From: the human T2T-CHM13v2.0 reference genome, Homo sapiens
Assembly (NCBI RefSeq): GCF_009914755.1
Contig: NC_060935.1
Direction: 5' to 3' (one strand)
Length of the DNA stretch: 64,000 nt
Below, piece by piece: positions 1 through 11,814 of this stretch. A program made the translations under genes and the position numbers. Position 1 is the first letter of the stretch. Each line of letters starts with the position of its first letter. The notes under the pieces are model-generated. The model worked only from the letters and a program-made list of their open reading frames with translations. It searched no databases and had not been told where the DNA came from.

Positions 1-399
1 AAGTATGACTGTCCCCTAAACACCTCCTAATATAAAAAGAAGAAGCAGGGTCAATATAATGAAATTAGAGTTTGCTTTTCTTAAAGGAAGGAATGGGAGA
101 CACAGAGAAGTCCCTGATGTATAGCAATGGTGAGTTCTTTCAAAATAAGCATTTTGAAAGTAGAATGGCATTTAGTTTTTTAAAAATATAGTATCACATA
201 CAAATAAGTATATTATCTGATGCCAGGGATAAGAGTTTGGGTATTTTGACATTTGAAGCATGACTAAAACAAGGACACCAATGTCCCCAGATTACAAGGA
301 AAAATACTCCATTAGACTGACTCACTTTTCAAATTTGTATGAAAACATGCCTCCTCCCACACGCACATGGAGACACCTTGGTAGCACTGAAAATTGTAG

Positions 400-713
400 T
401 TTTTATTTTATTTTATTATTTATTTATTTTTGATATGGAGTTTCTCTCTGTCACCCAGGCTGGAGTACAGTGATGCAATCTTGGCTCACTGCAACCTCTG
501 CCTTGCGGGTTCAAACGATTATCCTACCTCAACCTCCTGAGTAGGTGGGATTACAGGCGCCTACCACCACCCCCGGCTAATTTTTGTATTTTTAGCAGAG
601 ACGAGGTTTCACCATGTTGGCCAGGCTGGTCTCGAACTCCTGACCTCAGGCGATCCACCCGCCTCGGCCTCCCAAAGTGTTGGGATTACAGGTGTGAGCC
701 ACTACACCCGGCC
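400..713 (-). mobile_element. AluS (Sx/Sz-like) SINE, full length
   Basis: T-rich tail followed by a reverse-complement Alu dimer ending ...cacccggcc; flanking repeat tagcactgaaaatt at 382-395 and 716-729 (TSD). Confidence 0.95.
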
Positions 714-1384
714 AATAGCACTGAAAATTAATGATGCAGTGGATACAACTGCCTCATTTGTTATTGGTCCAATTTCTAAATCGGTCACTTAGATGGTAAT
801 AACATAAAGTATGCTCAAAAGATATAGGCAGTTTCAATGAACCCAGACCCCCACCCCCATTACAAATAAATGTTTTTCCATTCTAATTTTTCCTCTTTGC
901 CATGCTGAGTTCTTTCACAGGGGCAATTGGAAAGCCTCTTGCTAGTTTAGTACCTGTCAGACATTTCCATCCAGTGGGATTTGTACCCTGGCCATTTCTA
1001 GTTCTGTGTCACTGAATTGGCCAGGAAACTCTAGCAACACAAACACATTTTTATATCATTTCCAACTTTCCCCTGCACTTGGTGCCAATATTTGATTATC
1101 TGCTCTAACAGAGGGGAATAGAAATACAAAGAGATCCCAAAGTCATTTATATTTGGCTTTACAGTATAATGACAACTTTTCAGTTTCTGCTCCTTTTTCA
1201 TGCAGTTTTAGTTAGACTAATATTAAAATGAATTTATGCCCCTAGAAAAAAAAAAACAACATGTTGGTTGAGTGTCAAGAGGAAAAGTAATTCAGTGCTA
1301 AAATTCTGTGATGGATAATCTACAATGTGGAAAAGCTACCACCAGTCAATCAAGAATTGATGAATAAATTGATTTTTTTCTTGT

Positions 1385-3225
1385 TTTTGACCACTTTATT
1401 ACAATATGATTGACATACAAAAGGCTGAACATATTTAATGTATACAACTTGATGAGTTTGGAGATAAAGGTACACCCATGAGACTATCACCACAATCAAG
1501 ACCATAAATTTCTCCATCGCCTCCCAGCATTTCCTTCTGCCCTATTTTTAAATTTTTCTTTTAAAATTAATGTTTGTTCTATTGTGGTAAGAGCATTGAA
1601 CATAAGATCCACTCTCTAGCAAACTTTTTAAGTATAAATTATTGTTAACTTTAGGACCCAAGTTGTACAGTATTTATTACTCCAGAACTTACTCATCCTC
1701 CATAACCAGAACTTGGCACCCTTTGACCAACACCTCTTCACTTCCCCTCTCCTCAGCCCCTGGTAAACACTGTTGTACTCTCCGATCCCACGAGTTTGAC
1801 TATTTTAGATTCCTCATTAAAGTAGGATCATGTAGTATTTGTATTTCCGTGTCTGACTTATTTCACTTGCCACAAGGTCCACCAGATCCACCTATATTGT
1901 CAGAAATGGCAGGATTTCCTTTTTGAAGGCTAATAGTCCATTGTATGTATATATAGGTATATATCACATTTTCTGTATCCATTCATCTGTGAATAAACAT
2001 TTAGGTTGCTTTCACATGTTGGCTACTGTGAATAGTGCTGCAGTGAATATGGGAGTGCAGATACTGCTTTGATATACTGATTTTATATCCTTTGGATATA
2101 TAGGCAGAAGTGAGATTGTTGGATCAAATGGTAATTCTATTTTTAAAATTTTTTTGAGGAATCTCCATACTGTATTCCACAATGGCTGTACCAATTTACA
2201 TTCCCGATAATAGTATACAAAGGTTCGCTTTTCTCCACATCCTGCCAACACTTTGTTATTTTTGTTTGTAATAGCCATTAAACAGGTAGGAAGTCATATG
2301 TCACTGTGGTTTTGATTTATTTCTCCCTGGTGATTAGTAATGTTGAGCACATATTCATGTACCTGTTTGTCTCCTTTGGTGTAATGTCTATTGAGGTCTT
2401 TGCTTATTTTTAAAAATTGGGTTAGTGTTATATATTATTATTATTATTTGGTCTTGAGTTGTAGCACTTCCTTATGTATTTTGGAAATTGTACCTTTCTC
2501 CGATGTACAGTTTGCAAATATGTTCTTTCATGTTTTCTCTTATGTTTGGCCTTTTCATTTTGTTGATTATTTATTTTGTTGTGCAAAACCCTTGTGGTTT
2601 TAGGTAACCCTAGTTACCTATTTTTGCTTTTGTTGCCTGTGCTTTTGGTGTGAGATCCAATAATCATTGCCAAATCCAATCTCATTAATCATTTTTTCCT
2701 ATGTTTTATTCTAAGCATTTTATTGTTTCAGGTTTTACATTTAAGTCTTTAATCCATTTTGAGCTGATTTTTGTGTATGGCATAAGATAAGGGTTTAACT
2801 TAATTACTTTGGTTTCCTACACCATTTATTGAAAGTATTGTCTTCTCCCCATTGTGTATTTTTGGCACCCTTGATATAGATTAGTTGACCACACATACAT
2901 GGGCTTATTTCTGGGACCTCTAGTCTATTCTATTAGTTCGTATGTTTGTTTTTAAGGCCAGTACCATACTGTTTTGATATCTTAGGCTTGAAAATATATT
3001 ATGATAAGAGGGATTATGATACTTTAAGCTGCTGTATTTTTACTCAAAATTGTTTTCGTTTATTAGGGTCTTTTGTGTTTCCATATAAATTTTATGATTT
3101 CTTTTTCTATCTATGTAAAAAGTGCTATTGGTGGATTGGCTCATAGAAAATAATTTTATATAATTTTTAATTATAATAGAGATTACACTGATTCTGTAGA
3201 TCACTTTGGGTATAAGTTGATTTTT
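1385..3225 (-). mobile_element. L1MA9-like LINE-1 3' end (3'UTR plus ORF2 C-terminus), decayed
   Basis: ORF 2012-2278(-) [33 protein letters not shown] is the L1 ORF2 C-terminus; 3'UTR resembles L1MA9. Confidence 0.85.
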
Positions 3226-3475
3226 ATTTGAAGAATAAATTCTTTTCTCCTTCTGTGAAAATGGGTTCATGATTTTACTCGACTAAATCATCATCACAGA
3301 GACAATCATAGAAACCACTACATGTGCAAAGTGTCCTAAATTATCCTATCTATTGTTGATTTTTCTCAAAGTAATTGAGACGCTTACTGTTTCTTCCCTT
3401 GAATAAGAAAGCGTACGGCACCCATCTATCCAAGGTACATGTAGATGAAAGCTCAGAGCTTCCTAGTTGGGATGA

Positions 3476-3880
3476 AGTCTTAGTCTATTTTTTGTTGCTA
3501 TAAAGGAATATCTGAGACTGGGTATCTTATAAAGAAAATAGGTTTATGTGGCTCATGGTTCTGCAGGATATATAATAAGCATGGCACTGGCATCTGCTCA
3601 GGTTCCGGCTGCTTCCACTCATGGTAGAATGTGAAGGGGAGGCTGCATGTGAAGAGATCATATGGCAAGAGAGAGCGTAGGAAGGTGCCCAGCTCTCTTT
3701 AACCAACAGCTCTCTAGGAACTACTAAAGGCAGAACTCACTCAACTCCCAGGGAGGACATTTATCTTTTCATGAGATACCTGCCTCCGTGATCAAAACAC
3801 CTCCCACCAAGCCCCACTTCTAACATTGGGGGTGAAATTCCAACATGAGGTTTGGAGGGAAAATATATCCAAACTGCAGC
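3476..3880 (-). mobile_element. MSTB-like MaLR solo LTR
   Basis: tcttagtctattttttgttgctataaaggaatatctgagactggg...caacatgaggtttggaggga...atccaaactgcagca matches the MST LTR reverse complement. Confidence 0.85.
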
Positions 3881-3944
3881 AAATGGACTCTGCCTGAATC
3901 ATATCATAAGGTGTAGGCAGAAGAGTAAGATCAGAAATGCTTGG

Positions 3945-4057
3945 GAGAATAGCTTGAACCCAGGAGGTGGAGGTTGCAGTGAGCTGAGATTGCACCACTG
4001 CACTCCAGCCTGGATGACAAAGCGAGACTCTGTGTCAAAAAAAAAAAAAAAAAAAAA
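3945..4057 (+). mobile_element. 5'-truncated Alu (part of right arm plus polyA)
   Basis: gagaatagcttgaacccaggaggtggaggttgcagtgag...polyA; TSD aaatgcttgg at 3935-3944 and 4055-4064. Confidence 0.92.
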
Positions 4058-4496
4058 TGCTTGGTGGATTGGTAGATTGGCTCATAGAAGAAGGTTTTAT
4101 ATAGGCAAGCCTAATACTAAACTCCACACAAAAATTTCCCTTGAAAAGGACAGTCTGCACTGGTTTTCATAGTGGTGTTATTGGATAAAGGTTATACTTC
4201 CTTCCGTCACAAAGTTGTTCATGAAAGCAAGTAAACATGAGAGCTGAAAAAATTTCCTTGGAAAATATTTGGAAGTTAGATGTCTTGAATATTTAGGATT
4301 ATTAATGTCTGTTATTTTTCCAAGATGAATACCTTATAATATAGCTTTTTACTATTGACATGGCAAACAAGCTGCATATCTGCCTTCATGCTAACCAACT
4401 TTTAGTTTCCAGTTTCCAAACCAAATTTGAAGGCAAAGATGAAGTGGGACTGAAAGACCGATTTCTATTATAATTACCCCAGTAAGAATATGGAAG

Positions 4497-7442
4497 TAGT
4501 TATGCATCACTTAATGATGGGAATACGTTCTGCGAAATGCATCATTAAGCAAACAAACCTACTTGGGTTAGCCTCCTACACACCTAAGCCATATGATGTA
4601 GCCTATTGCTCCTAGAATACAAAACCGTATAGCATGTTACTCTGCTGACCACTCTAGGCAATTGTAATACAACAGTAAGTATTTGCACACCAAAACATAC
4701 CAAAACATAAAACGGTACAGTAACAGTAGGGAATAAAAAAACAAAAAACGATATACTTGTATAAGGCATTTACTATACACAGAGGTTGCAGGACTGCAAG
4801 TTGCTCTGGGCAAGTCAGTGAGTGAGGGGTGAGTGAATGTGAAAGCCTATGCAATTATCGTACACCATGATAGACTTTATAAACACTGTACACTTGGGCT
4901 ACATTAAATTAATAAAATATATTTTTAGTATTATTAAAGTCAATAATTAACTGTAGCTTACTGTAACTTTTTTTACTTTAGAAAAGCTTTCAATATTTTA
5001 ACTTTCTGACTCATAATAACACTTAGCTTGAAACACAAACACATCCTACAGCTGTACAAAAAATATTTTCTTTCTTTTTATCTGTACCCATTGAGCTTTT
5101 TTCTATTTTTAAATTTTACTTATATTTTTACTTTTTAAACCTTTCTTAAAAAAGCAAAGACACAAACAGACACATTAGCCTAGGCCCACACAGGGTCAGT
5201 ATCATCAGTATCACTATCTTCCACCTCCACATCCTGTCCCACTGGAACATCTTCAATGGGGGGCAAAACACACATGAAGTTGTCGTCTTTTGTGATAACA
5301 ATGCCTTCTTCTGGAGTATCTCCTGAAGGAACTGATTGAGACTCCTCTTGAGAAGCTGTCACTCTATTCAGAAATATATCCATGGTGGTTTGCTCGTTTT
5401 TGTTTTTGTTTTTTTTTCCTCATCCCAGATCTGCTTTGTAAACAGATAATGCACATGAACATTCCTCTCTATTAATGAAAGCTTTTGGTGTTGTGGTTCA
5501 TGTTTTAGAACCTTTTAGGGAACTTGTTGAGTTATGCAAAAGCTTCTGATGAACTATTCACAGTGAATTTTCTTGAGAGTTCTTCTTTTCCTTCTCCACA
5601 GTTTCCTTTTCTTTTGACTCTTCTTCAGCTACCCATTCTTGTTCCAGTTCCAACCACTCCTCATTAGTCAATTCTTTAAGAACCAATGAAGGTCCTCAAT
5701 ATCATCATCACCCACACCCAGGTAAAAGTTTTTTGCCATCTCAACCACAGCCTCGTTGATTTTTGCAACTTCCTCATCCTTGGAAAAACCTTTGCAGTCA
5801 TGGGTGAACCTCTTCAAAGTCTTCTTCCAGATGCTGTTCATACATTCCTTAGTGACATCACTGCAAGCCCAAGCAGGGTTCTTGATGCAGTTATGGATGC
5901 TGTAATCCTTTCCGAATTGCATCAGTGTCTTCTCTGTGTCTTCCTCACTTGCAGCAACAGCCTGAGCAAAAGTTCTCCTCAGGTAGTAGGTCTTCAAAGC
6001 TGCTATAACTCCTTATCCATTGGTTGGATCAAAGAGGTTGTGTTTGGAGGCAGAAACTCCACATTGATGTTGGGATGAAGATCATTCATAAAAGGACGAT
6101 GTGCCAGAGCATTGTCAACAGTAAGTACAATCTTGAAAGGTATATTATTCTTCAAATAGTACTTCTACATTTTACTGGCATAGCAATTCAGGAGGGCATG
6201 TTGGAAGAGGAGCTGCATCATCCATGACTTCTTATTGCTCCTGTAGTGCACCGACAGTGTGTGCTTATTGATATGCTTGACCGCTCTGTAATTCTCATTG
6301 TGCCAGATCACAATGGCTTTAAATTTGCAGCCTGAAATATTGCCCCTAAGTAAGACTGTTATCCTTTCCTTAAAAACGTTAAAGCCTGTTTTTGTTTTTT
6401 TCAGGTATTTGTTTCCAGAATAGAAAGGTTTCATCCACAATGAAGATTTTCTCTGGCAAGTAAATTTCCTCCATAATCAGCTTATCTAGAGTTTCCAAAA
6501 ATTCTTTAGCTGCCTTCAGATGAGCAGCCAAGGACTGACCACTTACATTCACACTATGTAATAAATAATGATTCTTGAATTGATTAAACCACCCAGACTG
6601 GCAGTAAATTCAACATTGTAGTCATGTCCATCTTTTCTTTTAACATTGCAAACAAACTTTGGTTTGGCTATGATCATCATGGTACTGACAAGCAAATATT
6701 TTTCTGTCTAGTCTTCAATCAAGGCAGCTAGGAGTCGTTCCATATCTGATATAGTCCATTCTCAAATTTGCGTTAGTCCCATTGTCTTCAATGGAGCAGA
6801 TCATTCAACAGCTTCCAACACTTTGTTCTTGTTCTTTAAGATCGTGGCTGTGGTGGAGTGGGGCATGCCTGACTGGTGAGTAGTTACCATCACTGAGTTC
6901 CTACCTGCCTAGTCCTTAATCACTTTTTTCATTTTGTTTCCAGGTCAACCATTAGACATGCCAGGCAACTTTAGCAGTGAATTCTGTATGCTTTGGGGCC
7001 ATGATGAACAAAACAAACAACATTAAATCAAGTATAAGAAAAAATGATGCAATGAAGAGATGTAGTAAACACAAAAAGTATGAGGCTGTTGGCAGTGTAA
7101 TATGGCATACTGTTTTACAGTAAACTTTAAAAAAATAAGAAGTACATTCTAAAATAATGAAAGTGTAGTACAGTAAATACATAAGCTGGTAACATATTCA
7201 TTTCTTATCATTATCAAGTATTATGTATTGTACACGCTTTTGTGCTGTACTTTTATGTGACTGGCAGCACAGTAGGTTTGTTTACTACAGCACTGTCATA
7301 AACACGAGTAAAGTGTTGTGCTATATTACAAGGAATACATCACTAGGTGATAGGGATTTTTCAGCTTCTTATAATCTTGTGAGACCACCATCCTATATGT
7401 CATGCATCATTGATTGAAACATTGTTATGCAGAGCTTGACTA
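4497..7442 (-). mobile_element. Tigger3 (GOLEM) TcMar-Tigger DNA transposon, near full length (~2.95 kb)
   Basis: Degenerate terminal inverted repeats (tagttatgcatcacttaatga... / ...cattgttatgcagagcttgacta), Tigger3/MER7-type subterminal sequence and internal transposase relics. Confidence 0.9.
5180..7002 (-). pseudogene. Disrupted pogo/Tigger-family transposase of Tigger3
   Basis: ATG of MAPK.. at 7002; motifs IFIVDETFLFWK (D at 6433-6435), LTVDNALAH (D at 6114-6116), FLPPNTTSLIQPMD (D at 6015-6017); C-terminal relic in ORF 5180-5383; multiple frameshifts and stops. Confidence 0.88.
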
Positions 7443-8859
7443 AATGTATACTTCCATTCTTGAAGTTCTTCCTGCTGCATGGAAGCATCGCACACAGTGC
7501 TGCAGACTCTGGGTAGCCATACAGGGTAAAGGAAGAAAAAAATGTGAATAGTTTGTATACGGCTATTGGTCAATTCAGTAATAAGTTAATTAACCTGGTC
7601 AATGCATACTTTGCCTTCATAATGGGAGAAATGTCTCTTACTTAATGTCCTGTAATGAAAACCCTATTCAGGAGTAAGGATTCCTGGCTTTTCTTCTTAG
7701 CATATCACCAACGATTAATTCAACTTTGGTTTAAGAAAACAAAAACTGAAAATACTGAAAAGTAAAAACTAGCAAAATTCAACCAAATGGGAAAGTATGT
7801 AAATGTAAAAGCAAATTAATTATTCACACACTCTGCAGGTTGCATTTGTTTTAAAAAGAAAAAAGGAAAAAAAAAATCCTAAGGATGTAAGTTGTTAAAT
7901 ATTGTAATTGATTACTGAGGTGACTGCAGAATCGGTTCCTGAGGCAATGAATTCTCACCGGACTCCCAAATGCACAACATGACCGCAGAGGCTAGGACAG
8001 AGAACTCTTTAGATCTTTTAGCCTAATTACTTATAAAATTTCATAATACATTGGCCATTACACATAAATCTTATTCACTTTATGTGTATGCTTGTGTATG
8101 TGTGTGTGTTCGTAAATGGGATGCTATTTAAGAGACTCATTGTCAGTGCTTAAATTTCTATAAGCTGGAATGAGAGTAGGGTTGTCTGTGAAAACTGATC
8201 AGGAGCAGAAGAGGAGATTGCAAGAGCCTTTAGCATTGACATTTAAGCCAAGTAGCTAAGATAAATATCCAGTCCAAGGGGTGTTAGAAGACCTGGAATC
8301 AAGAGAAAAAGCCTAGGTAGAATGGGTGTACCTGAAGAGCATAGGCAAACCTGGGTGGCCTTCATGAGACAGCATTGAGCCAATGGTTCAGGAATGGAGC
8401 AGGTTAGATATTTTAGAGACTCCAGGAAAGAAGTAGAACTCTTTTTAAGCACCATGTTTTTAAAAAGTTTAAGAACAAGCCATTCCTTTATCAGTTAAAT
8501 TTCCAAAGTGTCTGCTCATTGTACTGCTGGGGAAATACTGGAGAGAGGGGAGACAAATATGCTCAAGATCTAGGTGGAATAGTGAGTATTTTTAGCAGTG
8601 AATAAAAGACAAAAAATGGAAGAAAATAAGTACATCAGAAGAAAAGAAAAATATGTGACTCAAGAAAATATGTGAAAAGACAAATGGGAAATAGAAAACG
8701 TTGTTGGGAGTCCCATAGCAAAAACTACGTTGACTTGGCCTCCATCAGTAATGAGCCTTGGGGGACAGCACTAAAGAATATGAATTTCTCCTATGAAGGA
8801 GGGGAGATAAACTAAGCTGAACGTGGGCTAACCAGGAAAAGAATAGAAATAACAAATAT

Positions 8860-9080
8860 TTAACAGTGCTTGGTAGTTTATAAATGCTCTAAAATATATT
8901 CTTTCTTTGGAAACTTTTAATTTTTATACCATGTCGGTAAACCAGTATCTTTTATTTAGCAAATTAAAAAATACCTATTTAAAGAGATTTAAGTGATTTG
9001 TGCAAGGTCATATAGTTAATAAGCGGTAGAATTAAGATTCAAGCTCAAGTCTGATGCTAATTCTCATACTCTTTTTCTAA
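8860..9080 (-). mobile_element. MIR SINE
   Basis: gagatttaagtgatttgtgcaaggtcatatagttaataagcggtagaattaagattcaa is the reverse complement of the MIR core. Confidence 0.7.
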
Positions 9081-10449
9081 CATGTGGGTGTGAAAAACTT
9101 ATTACTATGAATACATTTAAAGATGAAATTCAGATAGTAGAGTATTTCAGCTGGAATGTAACTGCAATGGTGCCAAAAGATGCTGCTAAATACAAAGGAA
9201 GTTTAATATCAGTCAGTTTTTTTGGATTTTCTCATTATAAAAGTTACATAAAATAAATAAATAAATAAAACCCATGCCCAAGTGATAACTGCTTCAGTTG
9301 GTTTATTTAGCCTACAAACGCAATGAATCCCTGGCCTCCAAATCTGGAACAACATATCTTGGGACATAGCATGAAGTGGAAACAAAATTCAACAGTGTAG
9401 AAGAGAAAGGCGAGTGCTTCTTTCTAAATGACTCCATGTGGACACAAAACTCTCCACCCGGACAATGGCCTGACCCCTTCTCCTAGCAGGAAGGCTCATC
9501 AGGAAGAGCATAAAAGATCATCCCTTAAGTGTTAAAGGATAGATTTATTCTGCATATGTGAGGTGTCTTACCTGGTGTCAAACAGCAACAACAACCAATG
9601 AACAAGACAGTGAATGAAAGTCTGATCTGCATGAATGTCAAAATCTCAGAGTTGAGAGATGTTTGCCTCAATCAGTCATTGAGTTTTTATGGCCTTAATA
9701 TATTTTAACATTTGAATTTTGCTAGGTCCATTGGTCATTAGTTTGAATTCCAAAGACTGGCTTTAACACAACATATATAGAGATATTTATGTGTACCAAT
9801 ATACCTTCTAACTATACCTGTCATAGCATACTCTATTCTAGAAGGTTTTAGTCATTTTAATAGACTGTTACCACATTTTATTTATTAACTCATATATTTC
9901 ATTGTAAATACAATTAGAAACTTTGTTCTTCTCTGATACATCACTTAATGAGTCCAATTATCTAATTCTTGAGAACGAAATAGAGTTTTTGTGATTAAAT
10001 ACAGGTTTCAGAGAATAAATGGATTCTATCAAAAATTTGTCTCTATCAGGCATGGAAGTACCTGTAATCACTATAAACAATTTTATGCACAGTATTCTGA
10101 TAGAGAAAAAGGTTTGACATTACTCTGAATGAATTCTCAGATTAATTTTTAGAAAAATTACGTAAGCAAATGCTCAGAAAAATAAAGAATTATTAATACT
10201 TGCATAACTCCTGACAGCCTCACTTTTCATAAATTAACAAATGGTTTTCATACCACCACTGAGGGTGTGGTAGTTCATTAGCTGGAGAGATCATTTGAAA
10301 CCACATCCATCTGAATTCTAAACAAACATTCTGAATTGCTGTGAAGAAATATAAAGCAATTCTACTTGTTTTCCAACTGATATGCCATGGCACACTTGTG
10401 ATGCATATGCCTTTCTGAGGTAAATCGCTAAACGCATTTTCTTTTTGTT

Positions 10450-11810
10450 TTCTATTATCTTTAATGTTAAATATTTTTGTATCTAAGTAAACACCTGGTT
10501 TTAAAACTAAAAAGGTGCTACATGCTTATAACAATAACAGCAACAACAACAAAAAAGCCAGTAGTTTTCTGTCCTTATCACTCCTCACCCATTTCTTGTG
10601 TCCTATAGGAAACATTTCAACTATTTTATTCATTTATTCAACTATTTTATTCATTTGACCTTAATGTTTGTATCTATTGTATTTATATTGCAGTTTCTTT
10701 ATTCATCAAATGTAGAGTCAATAAACTACCTATTGTGGTGATTCCATTAAATCTTCCTTCTGCTTCCCCTATCCTGTAAACATAACATTTCGCCTTTTAG
10801 TTGATCCTATATTCATCATATTGGATTTTATGAGCGTACAAATGTTATTTACTGTGGAGCCTTATTGAATGCTTCTGTTACAGCCCTTTCTCATGTAACA
10901 TATCCTCCCCTTTCTCCCTTAAATAAGTTAACACTTGCCTTTTGTCTTCTTAGTTTTCTTTGAATCTTTGGCCAAACATTTCTGTCTTTACTAACAGCTT
11001 TGTAAAATGTCAGTTGACAAAGTTTCCTGCATGACCAAACCTGTCTGTTCACTTACCATTTTTATATTTCTCTTGAAATTTCCCCTGGGAACCGCCATCT
11101 CCTGCTTCCATCAGCATTGCTTGCCCTGAAGCTCTGCAGTCCAGTTTTTCAGTGCCGGGGCTCCCCTCCACAGTTAGCCTGAGAATCTCCTTCACTCCTC
11201 TTCCAAGTGGATTCTCTGTCTCACTCTTCTTTCCCTTGGCTTTAGTGAGTCCCATTCTCCTGTAGGTTCCTTAGGCAGAGCTCTGAAAGGTGAATATTTT
11301 CAGTTTTACTATCAGAAAATGCTTTTATTTTGTTCTCAAACTAGATTCTTAGTTTGGCTGGGTATAGAATTCGAGATAGGACATTATTTTCTCTAGCATG
11401 TTCAATGTATTCTTCTTCTGCTATCTAACCCCCATGGTGGAAATATGATACCCTTCTTATTTCTGTCACTTTGTATATTTTGAGTGTTTTCTGGAGGTGT
11501 CCTTTTTTCTTACTGTTTTATGCTTCTTTTCATGGTTGGTCTCTTTCAATTTGAAGTCATGTTGTTTAGTTCTAGGAATGTTTGCACTGAATATGTTATT
11601 TTATTATCATTATTTAATTATTATTATTATTTCTTCCCATGATTTTTTTTGGTTCTATTTTTTCATGGGCAGGGAACTCCTATTAGTTGAATTTAGAACT
11701 TTCTGAATTTGTCCTGTCATTTTCTTTTTGTCTTTTATTATACATTTAAACAATTCTATTGGGGGGGGGATTTCTTCACTTCAAACCATTTTAATTTTTT
11801 CCACTTGAAT
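10450..11810 (-). mobile_element. HAL1 (half-L1) 3' portion
   Basis: Decayed ORF1-type sequence (gaaaatgcttttatttt...agtttggctgggtatagaattc) and HAL1-like upstream segment; continues at 20455-21420. Confidence 0.6.
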
Positions 11811-11814
11811 AACT

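Noticed and set aside
5668-6440. TIGD-like domesticated transposase gene
   Set aside because: The frame is broken into several pieces and the element retains its transposon termini, consistent with neutral decay
10616-10656. 20-bp tandem duplication ttcaactattttattcattt (and a ~41-bp one at ~54497-54575)
   Set aside because: Ordinary slippage duplications within old L1-type sequence
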